From Vitrella brassicaformis CCMP3155 (lineage: Eukaryota; Protista; Chromerida): 64,000 bases of DNA. The stretch is taken from positions 5,581 to 69,580 of the forward strand of contig CDMY01000474.1 in assembly GCA_001179505.1 (NCBI GenBank), written 5' to 3'. The notes beneath the pieces are model-generated. The model ran no database searches. It was not told the DNA's origin and saw nothing but the letters and a program-made list of their open reading frames with translations. Positions 22,372 through 31,914 of this stretch are shown here, in pieces (within the stretch, counting starts at the first letter, position 1; each line of letters opens with the position of its first letter). A program made the position numbers and the translations under genes.

Positions 22372-24516
22372 TTGCAACAGGATGCACCAGATGGCGTCGA
22401 GCGCAGATATCGCAAACCCGTCCACACCCCACTTCCACCAATGCCTGGCTATCCTCTCTTTCTCTACGGCCACGCAGCACCCGCCGTCGCCCCGCTGCGG
22501 CCAGCCAATGCCACCCAGAGGCGGCACCCGTCTGCACCCCTCCAGCAGCCCCCTGGACCGCAGACGCCGGAGGCTTCTGGTGACCAAGGCCAACTGAGCT
22601 GCTACGGCAAGTTCATGCGGTGCATCGGATTCAACGAGTGCTTGTGCTGTCGGAGCTCGAACAAGTCCTCGCAGAAGGCCAATACCGACGACAGCCGCAC
22701 TCGTCCATCTGCTGCATCCGCTGCCGAGCAGCCAGTGGCCCGACAAGGGCTGGGAGAGGCGCGTCCGTGGCAACACGGTCAGGACTCGCCACCTGCCACA
22801 CACACGGAGAACCACTGGCAGCCACTGCGCCTCAGCCAGCCCCCTACAGCAGCACCAACAGGCCGCCCATTTACTTTGGCTATCGGCCATCACAATCGAG
22901 GGCGGGCCTTCAGCAGGAGCAGCAGCGCGCAGCGCCCACCGCACCACCGACGGCGAATTATCGCCCCAATATTGCGCGACTCCCTAGGGAGGGAATGAGT
23001 CGGGCTAGGCCACCTAGTGGCTTTCAGCGGGGAGTGGGAGGGGTGTCTGTATCGCACGCCCGACGGCCTCAACTGTGGCGACCGCCCCGGCAGCAGCAGC
23101 GCGCCCTGGGCCCTATGTTTGGCGGACGCCAGCCGCCCAGACCAGGCGCGCTTTCCAACCTGGCAGCGAGACCCCCCGCTGCCCATGGTCGACACACTCA
23201 CGTGCAAGGCAAGCACATCAGAATGAATGGCTATGTGGCGGGTTCTTTGTTGTGTGCAAGTGGGTGGTCTTGTGTGTGTGTCGATTCGATGAACGAATTC
23301 CCTCAGGGCCTGACGATGGCCGAGGAGTTGCTCCGCCGGCCTCACGTCAACAAGGCGCTTTGCTTGGGCGATTCGCCGTACGACCACGGCGCAATGGACC
23401 TCGCCCTGCAACACCCGTAAGTGAATCGATCACATGTCTCGCTTGTCCGTTCCCAATGTGTGCGTCATGCCTCCCTGTGTTGGGTGTGCAGTGGTCTCGC
23501 GACACGAGGCCTCGACGTGACGAAAATCAAGATGATCTACAACGCGTCCCACTTTAAACTCATCGCAGAGGTATGTGGGGGAAAGAGCTGAGACGCACGC
23601 ACGCAGACACACATGCAGTGGACGCGCGCATCGATGTGTCTGGTGTTGTGTCGTCTGTTGCTGTCATGCAGCAACTGAGTGTGGTCAGGGAGGAGTTGCA
23701 CGAATGGCTGAAAAGCTCTGATATGCACTCCACCAACTTCGAGCTGAAGCAGGTACGTGCTCTCTTCAACTTCCTTCACACATCCTCCTCTTTGTCCTTA
23801 TCTGCTGATGCTTCATTCAGCACATCTGGGGTGGTTTTGTTTACGGCCACCGGTTGGCCGGAGGCCCTCTGCCAGATTGGCGAGACGGGTGGCAGCCAAA
23901 GGGACTGCAGATGGACATCCGCATCCGGGCTTTAATCAAGGAGACAGTGTTTACCGCTGGAAGACGGAAGTGGTGTTGAGGCATCTTGTCGCGCCGATCC
24001 CGCCGCACCAGCATCGTGACGGTACGTGCAACTTTTCTTGTAAAGGGAAGCCTAAACGAATGCTGTGTCTCTGTGTCAGACTTCAGAATCGTTGCCTGCA
24101 TTTTATATCTGTCGGCCTATTTTCCCCGTGTCTCCGCATTCACGACCAGGGCCATCATCAGCCATCGCACCACCCGCAGGACGGCCAGCCCATCGCCCGC
24201 CCTCTACAGCCCCTTCAGCGCGGCCGCAGACGCATATGCCGTCTGCTCGCTGGGGGCGGCGGTGTTGATGGGGCCTCACATGGACCACCCCTCAGGCAGC
24301 GGCAGCAACGGCGACATCTGCGGCGAGGAGCGGGCGTTCTTCGCCGAGAGCAACGACACCACGCCCCTCTACGACAGCCACTTTGTCATCAAGGTCCAAA
24401 GGGAGACGGAGGCCATGAGTGGAGCCGCGGCGCTGCAGGCGATCTCGCCAGATGGGCCGGCTGAGCGCCACGAGTGGCTGCCGGAGATCATCGCACTGTT
24501 GTCGACTTCATCCTGA
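22372..24516 (+). pseudogene. Chimeric, probably frameshifted gene. It shares its N-terminal low-complexity block and a kinase C-lobe fragment with the 44.3-46.9 kb locus, but has a different central module
   Basis: NYRPNIARLP...MSRA...GFQ.G block (22945-23167) and the TTRRTASPSP..ALY.PFSAAADAYAVCSLG.AVLMGPHMDHPSGSGSNG block (24168-24480) match locus 2. Spliceable central exons lie at 23312-24020. Frame continuity 5' and at about 23820-23990 needs shifts. Confidence 0.5.
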
Positions 24517-25630
24517 CTAGGGCGGCGTCTGACGGGGAGGGAAGGGTGCGTGCTTACGTAATCTGCTGCCAGCTGGCCCGCCGTCAACCTGACGACGGTT
24601 TTGGGACGCGGACAGCGAATCTTCTTCTGTTCTGCTTGTCTTTCTAACCGATCGAGTGGACGTCCATGCCGTCAGCACTGCCTTCGTGCCGCATCCACCA
24701 TCCCCCCACACACAACTGGCTGCCCACCGCCCCGCCCCATAGCGACGTACGTGAGCATTGACTTTCGCTCAGCCGTGGCTGTCTGCCTGTCTGTCCATCG
24801 CATACATGGGGGGCCGCCTTTCGTCTCTCTCTCTCGCTCTCTCTCTCTCTCCTGGCTGTCTGGCTGGTGGAGTGGCGGTTGATTGCCGTGAGTGTGTTGC
24901 CTTGTGCACCTTTGGTGGCCAATTTCTCCGACTCATTCTTTTTTCGTCCATCCATCCATCCATCCATCTGTGGCGCGTCGGTCATCTTGGCTGGCTGGCT
25001 CTCGGACTTAGCTTAGGAGTGGTGGGGTGTGGGTATCTGTGTCAATCCGGCCGCCACAGGCAATGATGGATGTAGACGAGGGTAAGCTTGGTGTGGGTGT
25101 GGGTGTGGATGAGAGGGATGAATGGGTGGATATGGCTGGGTGGGCGGGACGGGTGGGATGGATTGGGTGGGATTGGATTGGTGGTTGGGGTGGCTGGGCT
25201 GGTCGCTCGGGTCTGCTGATTCTGCTAGGTGAGGTGCCAGATGGTAGGCTGCTACTGCTGCTCAGCAGTGTGTTGCATGATGATCTATCTGCCTGGCTGA
25301 ATTTGATATGGATGTGTGACGATTGCTGTGATGTGTACCACTTTGCTGACTGTTTTATTGTCTGTCTGTGACGACGCGACGGATGGCTAGATGCTTCATG
25401 GGGCCGGTTTGTCTCTGCGAGGAGGGCGTGACGCGTGAAGGGCTTATGGTCTGGAAGAGTTCACGCCCGGCCCGCAGTGGTCGTGGTGAGAGATGGGGAG
25501 CAAGATGCCCCCCGAATCGTTGCCTACGTTTTATATTCGTGTGTTCGTGGATCGAGACACATTGTGTTCGACCTGGCCCGACCATATGACTATTGACTAT
25601 GCATGTCTCTCATCAACTGGTCCATCAATG

Positions 25631-26228
25631 TCACTTGTCGTTGCTCCCCCCCAAGTTGAAAAGACCCTGTAAGGGCCCGAGGCCCTTCGGTGATGCTTGC
25701 TGTGATTCCGCTTTGCTCGACTTGGTCTCTGCCTGCGCCGCCTGCGGCAGCGAGAGACACATGCAGCGAATGAATGCAGCTCTCCCTTAGCCTCTCACAA
25801 GGTAGTGAGTGCTGTGTGTTACATACCTTCATCCTTTCTCTGATGACCCAGCCCTCTCGGTCATTCAGGTACTCGTCAACCTGACACATCCAGAGACATC
25901 GACGGATCGATGTGCCGTTTTAATACCTTTTTATCTTCCAATGCACCCCACCTCACCTCCTTTTCAGCCTCTTCCCTCGACTTGCCGCTCCTCCTCATGT
26001 AGGCCTCGATCATGTTCTCACGCTTGTTCTGAACGTCCGACACCTGCAGGCAGGCAGGCACGCACGCACATGTCCACACACACACACGAGAATCCATCTT
26101 CGATATGTGTCCGTATTTGAATACGTACTGTCTTTTGGAAGCCGTCGACGAGCTTGTTGAGGCCGTCGAACATGTGCAGTTGGGACGTTGGAGATCGTTG
26201 CGCTGCCGACTGATGGTGGATGGGCGAT
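25631..26228 (-). CDS. Small hypothetical protein (4 visible exons; 5' exon unresolved)
   Basis: Three phase-0 GT-AG introns join MFDGLNKLVDGFQKT|VSDVQNKRENMIEAYMRRSGKSREEAEKE|VDEYLNDREGWVIRERMK|AAQAETKSS...LFNLGGSNDK*. The upstream S/Q-rich segment resembles a transit peptide. Confidence 0.6.
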
Positions 26229-26435
26229 CTGACCGAGCAACACAAAACGACAGGCGAAAGGGCGCATGTTCGTGTGTGTGCACACACCGCAACCTTCACA
26301 GTTATACACACATCACATCAAAAGGTCAGAATCTGCACGCATCCACGCATACAGCGCATGCGTCCTCACGGCATACATGAGAGAGAAATCGACATAAGAC
26401 ACATCACGCTGACCACAGGTATCACCCTTGTCTCA

Positions 26436-27984
26436 CTACACAGTCACAGTGGCCGCTTCGCTCGCCACAGCTGCTCTCTCTTGACTCTTGCCCTCCCCGT
26501 GCCCGCCTATGAGGTCAGCCAGCACCCGCCCCACGCCCCTCACAGCCGCATCCATGATGCGCACCCCGTCCTCCGGACAGCACAGCTGCGGATGGCTGAA
26601 CATCCTGCCGTCAGGAAATCGCGCGCGGAAGTCCACAGGGTCCATGACAGACAGCGACGACTGGGCGTCGACTTTCCTCTTGGTCCAGCCACCCATCTTC
26701 CTCGCCTTGGCAATGGCCTCGTCGCTGAGCGTCCTGTTCCGCTTGATGGACTGGGGGTACAGATGCTGGGTGAGGGAGATCTCGTCACATGTGGCGTGCT
26801 GCCCATTCTTGTTGCCATAGAGCGCCCCAGCCTCTTGCTGCGCCTCGCTGGTGGCGAACCAGTTGGTCAGCTTGACGCGGAAGGGCGTGTCGGGATCTCG
26901 TGGGACTAGGGGGGTCAGCAGGGGGTGGTCGTCGATGGCGTGAGAACTGTTGGGCAGCATCTTCATGTGCAAGGGCGAGCACAGCCAGTGGGGGGCGCTG
27001 TGGTTGTCGTTGCTGGGGATGATGGTGGCCACATCCGCCTCGTGGAGCGTCTTCATGGCGAGTGAAATCGGAACAATGTTACCTCCATGGCCTGCAGCAA
27101 TGCATAGATGGAAGACACAGTGCAAGACCACGCGCGTGTGCGTGCGCATAGCTCACCGTTGACGATGAGGACGTTGCGGACACCAGCATTCCTCAGTGAG
27201 AGGAGGACGTCTTGCAGCACATAGATCAAGACTGACGGCCGCAGAGTGATGGTGCCGGGGAAGCCACTGTGATGGATGGCGTTGCCATAAGAGACAGTCG
27301 GAGCAACAAGTGCACCCATCTCACGAGCCGCTGCGCGGCCAACTGCCTGTAGGTATTCACACAGACACACAGAAGCAAAATTTGTCTGCCTTGTGTAGCG
27401 GTCACACAGACACACCTCGCTGACCTCAGCAGTGATGGCATCAGTGCCGATCAGCCCAGAGGGCCCGTGCTGCTCCGTAGACCCCACAGGCAGCACGACA
27501 GTCATGCCCTCTTGGTCTCGTATCTCTTCCCACGTCCTATGTGACCACTCGTGGTCCAGATAAGAGTCGTCACGCGGTGGATGGGGGGCTCTTCTCGGCG
27601 GCTGCTTGGCAGGGGCGGAAGTGGCGGCTGCATTACTCTGGGCGAAGGCGGGCTGGCGTGGCGGGCGACCCATTCTATGCAGCCAGGCACGGTGGCCATG
27701 TTAGTACGGTACCAACGAAGGAAGAGTGCAGCAGTCCAGCAAGTCCACACACACGCCCAGCACACACAGCCATGCAAATGTGTCGTGTTGTGCATACATA
27801 CCTGTAAGGGGCGTTGATGAATGACAGCGCTGCATCTGATGTCCTCGGCAGCGGGATGCCCTGGAATCACGCACAGCAGACAGACATCGCCAGATCTGCG
27901 GTGTCAATGCGCTGATCTTACTGATGCGACAACGATGGTGAAGCTGACACAGGCCAGCAGCGCATTGAGAGCTCGGCGCTTCAT
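26436..27984 (-). CDS. Creatininase / creatinine amidohydrolase-family metalloenzyme with a bipartite (plastid-type) presequence
   Basis: Motifs LPVGSTEQHGP, D in GTDA, HHSGFPGTITL, NG|HGGN (across an intron), GQHATCDEIS and DFRARFPDGRM. The 5' exons give MKRRALNALLACVSFTIVVAS|GIPLPRTSDAALSFINAPYR|MGRPP with consistent intron phases. Confidence 0.9.
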
Positions 27985-29256
27985 TCCAGAGGATTTCCCT
28001 CCTGAAAGCTAAGCTCGCAGACGGATCGGCGGAAAGAGCAACGCGTATTTTTCTAGTGTTCACGGCGTTTCTGGGCCGTACCTGCTGCCCACTGACGAGA
28101 TCTCCCAAGATGACGGCGATTGACGTCACATTGACCGTCCCCCACGACGTCCCCCACGAGACCAGCACGTAAGCGAAAGGTCAGCTAGCGGAGGGCCACA
28201 AGGCAGCCGAGACAGGGGAAGAGGTCGATTAATGACAGGAAAACAACGTCCCATGCTGCCCTCCCAAAAAACACATGCGTGTCTGTCTGTCTGTCTGTCT
28301 TGTCGTTGGTGGTAGGGAGAGGATGACACAGATAAACAACAACACAAATCCTCGGCTGTAAGAGACAAAAGAGACAGAATGAATCCGTGGCACATGCATC
28401 ATATGGATCTCCTCTCCTGTCGGCAGCATTGAGGTGATCTGCAAGCCTCCCATCAGATGGACTGGAGGAGGTTATGACCAGCGTCTGCTCGAGTTTGAAG
28501 AAAGACGGCGACGTCAAGACTCGCCTGTGTGTGTCGCTGCCAGCTGTGGACGAGACCCGCCCCGTCCTCCCCCTAAGGGCCCTTCGTGTGGCGGCCCACC
28601 TACACTACACAACGCCACCCTGCCTTTCTGCTTGGTCACGTATGGAGCTTCGCTGGGTCATTTTTCGAGTGTCCCTCATGCTGCTGCATCAGGCACAGGC
28701 GACGACGGATGCATTACGATGGATCAAGTGGCACGGATATGTAAAAAGAGGAGAGCATGTTCTGACGAACAGAACGCAATATCCGTTCGTGTTGGTTAAT
28801 GGGCACATTGTCAAGCACAGGGCAGTGGGAGCGATACCACACTCTGCACCGCTCTGACCTCTCGTGGCATTTAGACGATGAAGATGGCGCAAACAGAATT
28901 GTACAATCGACCAGTGAACGGATTGTGCCATCTCTGCCACGGCCATCATCATCGAGGAAATCCCACAAGGCGGGCAAGCGGCGCACAAGAGACCGCAACG
29001 CCCGAAAAATGCCTCAGACACACACAGCGCAGTCCGAGCAGTCGAAAACCTCGGCTGCTTACTCCGCTCCCGCCATCCCGATCATTGTCCCCACTTCCCT
29101 TTCCCGAGCCGTGTCCCCTTGTGCAATCGCATCCAGGGCTCGGCCGCCGAAGAAAAAGACACTAGACACGTGTGTGTATGAAAATCGAGAAATAGAGTAA
29201 GTGTCCCGCACAGCTTGCCTGCTCTGTCCGGCCTTGGGTGTGGGTTGCATTGCTTG

Positions 29257-30335
29257 CTATTCGACCCGCCTCTCTGAGAAGACCCACAGGCTCTCGAACC
29301 TGCCGTTGTTGAAGCGCTGAGACGTCCGCTGCAACATGCCCTGACCAATCAACCAACAGTCACACAACACACATGCGGCCCTGTGCTGGTTTGTGGGTCA
29401 CCATGTGTGTGCTATGCGTACCTCTGAAGTGAGTGTGATGAGTTCGGAGACCTCGAGTAGCCCCGTCTTGGGCGACGTGCCGATCAGCGTGGCGCCCACA
29501 GACACCGCACTCTCTGTCAACGTCAGCGACGTGTCCCTCGGCCTGCATACATGGGCAAAACCACGCGACAAACGTGTGTCTGTGTGTGGTCGCATCGCGT
29601 GTCTGTGTACCCGTCCTCCAGGTCAACAGAGAGCAGTCCGTGGCCCACAGGGAGGAACCGATAGTGGCGGATGTACGCCGCACCGTCCTCCTGCAAGACA
29701 CGCATTGCAGACACAAGGGTAAAAGAGCAGTGATTCGCCTGGTGCAGCGGTGAGAGCCACGCCTGCCTAAAAGCATCCACACATACATGACTTACTTACT
29801 TACCCCGGCGGTGGTCTCCCTCATTGACCAGAAGCCTTCCTCGTTCCATTGGATCTTAGTGGACGCGGCCTTCTGCTCCTCCTGCTGGCCGCTGTACGCC
29901 AGCCGCACACACTGACCGCTCCACTTGCTGCATCCAACATCCATGGGTGGACAAGCGCAACACAACACAACATAGCTCATTCATCAGGGTCCTGCAGCGT
30001 TCCCGCATCCGTGTACCCTTCCAGCAGATGGATGAACGAGAAGTGGAAGCCGTTGACGACGCACTTCTGCCCGTCCATCATCCTGACACACACACACACA
30101 CACACACACGAACCGGATATGAGAGGCAGGCAGGCAGGCAGGCAGTCAGGCAGGCAGGGAATCGTCAAGATGTGCGGTGCTGTGTGGTGCACGTCCAGGC
30201 TTACATTCGGATGCACGGTGCCCGTGAAGCCCTCTGTCTGTCCATGAGCTTCATGAGGGTTTCCTGCTGGTGCTCCTCGCCATTCACCTTGCCGACAGCC
30301 GTGTTGGCGATCGGCGCTTCCTGTGGATCTGACAT
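29257..30335 (-). CDS. Hypothetical protein, multi-exon, beta-strand-rich
   Basis: Exons flanked by GT/AG: SKWSGQCVRLAY...WSMRETTAG | EDGAAYIRHYRFLPVGHGLLSVDLEDG | ...SVGATLIGTSPKTGLLEVSELITL | GMLQRTSQRFNNGRFESLWVFSERRVE*. Candidate start MSDPQEAP at 30335; 5' splicing uncertain. Confidence 0.55.
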
Positions 30336-30848
30336 GGCGATAAACCGCTTGAGGGAGATCTGGTGGTCGTTTCAGCTGAGGCTCAGCCGCATGTGTTTCA
30401 CGCGCAAGGTCCCCTTTTACGAACGAACGATTCCGCAATCGCATTAATTCCTTGCCAACCAGAGCCGTTATACGCATGTATACATGTGTTCCCATGAAGT
30501 ACCATTCACTCATCTTCACCACACCTGTCATCAAGTAAGTCAGCATCATCAATCAAAACTCCAGGTATCCATACGCGCGGCACATACATGGATGGCTCCA
30601 GCAAGGAGCATGCATGGAGATACAGTCACAACACGGTGCCGGCCAGTCGGCCCGCCCACCGGTCAGGCCGGCAGTTGATCGAACAAACACACAGCCAGCC
30701 AGAGTGTCTCCCTCCCTCCCTCCCTCCCTCTTTTTGTCCGTCTGTCGTCCATCTATGGAGTGTGCCCGTCGGCCATCGACTAGCTATGTACACGCCCGCC
30801 GTCCGTTGGCTATCTGCGCCTGTCGCTGTGTGTGTCTTGCTTGATGGC

Positions 30849-31520
30849 TCAGCGGCTCTTCTCGAAGCCAGCCATGAGGAACCTCCACTGCCCCCAAGTC
30901 AACAGGCCGTCCTTCTTGTTCCCCCAATCCCTGCCGCCCTCCGTGCCTGAGGAAGTCAATGGACGGATGGACAGAACGCACCCTGAGTGACTGTAAGCCG
31001 TTTGTGCGTTCGGTGCGGACATGTCTGTTCATGTACGTACCTGACGAGGTGGACATGGTGAGTCCGGCCATCCGATCCGTCAGGGCCTTCTCCCTGCATG
31101 CACCATAGACGCACACACGACACGCATTAATTAGAGGGGAACGCGCCCACACAATGTGGCCATTCGTGTGCGTACTCGTCCGGGTGATACGGCGCCTTGG
31201 CGTCCACAACGAACCCAGCGCCCTGCACATACAACACACACAACACAATGCGACTGACTCATCAGACAGACACACGCAGCGCAGCGAGGTGGATGGGTGG
31301 AGGCTGAGTGCCTACGTCCGTGCAGTACGCGTGACCTGACAAGGACAACACACACAGAATGGGTGGACGGATCGGATGCCGCCCTCCCTCTTTCATTCTT
31401 TCGTTTCGCCAACTCACCGTCAGCGATGCCCTTTGGTGCCTTGCCGTCCGACGCCTCGAACTTGGCGCCACACTCCTCAGCCGTCTTGCACACGCCAACG
31501 GACTGAGACTGCGCCGCCAT
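30849..31520 (-). CDS. Small hypothetical protein (~5 exons)
   Basis: Plausible splice path MAAQSQSVGVCKTAEECGAKF...IADG|HAYCTD|GAGFVVDAKAPYHPDEYAHEWPH|GEGPDGSDGRTHHVHLVR|HGGRQGLGNKKDGLLTWGQWRFLMAGFEKSR*. One junction is not phase-verified. Confidence 0.5.
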
Positions 31521-31914
31521 CTCAACTGAAGCTCGGCTGACGGCAACAGAGCACATCAACGCACCATGGGCCGATGCACCGCCATGCATTCCAGTGCCTC
31601 ACCTGTCGTTTGAGGTCCTCAGCGGCTCGTGGTGCTACTTGTCCGGCCGTAGAGTGCTCTTGCCGGCAGAATGCAATGGCCTGCTCTGCCAAACGTCGGA
31701 TGCAGACACGATAAGCGATGTCAGCAACGTCGAATCCGATGAGAACCGATTTGCTGAGGGGAAACGTTCTGTCGCGAGCATGCAAGCTCGCAAAATGGTC
31801 CGTTTGGGGGTAATGTCCTCGGGTTCCAACGAATGAGTGACTTATCCGCAATCGCATTGATGCATTGCACCCGCTCCATCTACAATCGTCATTGCAAACG
31901 GCCCGCCTGCCTCT

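Noticed and set aside
25631-26228. ClpP/ClpR identity for the small spliced protein (MIEAYMRRSGKSREE resembles a ClpP helix)
   Set aside because: No ClpP catalytic or flanking motifs, and the protein is far too short.
28641-28857. Short plus-strand ORF with a signal-peptide-like start (MELRWVIFRVSLMLLHQAQA...)
   Set aside because: About 70 aa, no recognisable domain and no convincing downstream exon; cannot be supported without transcripts.
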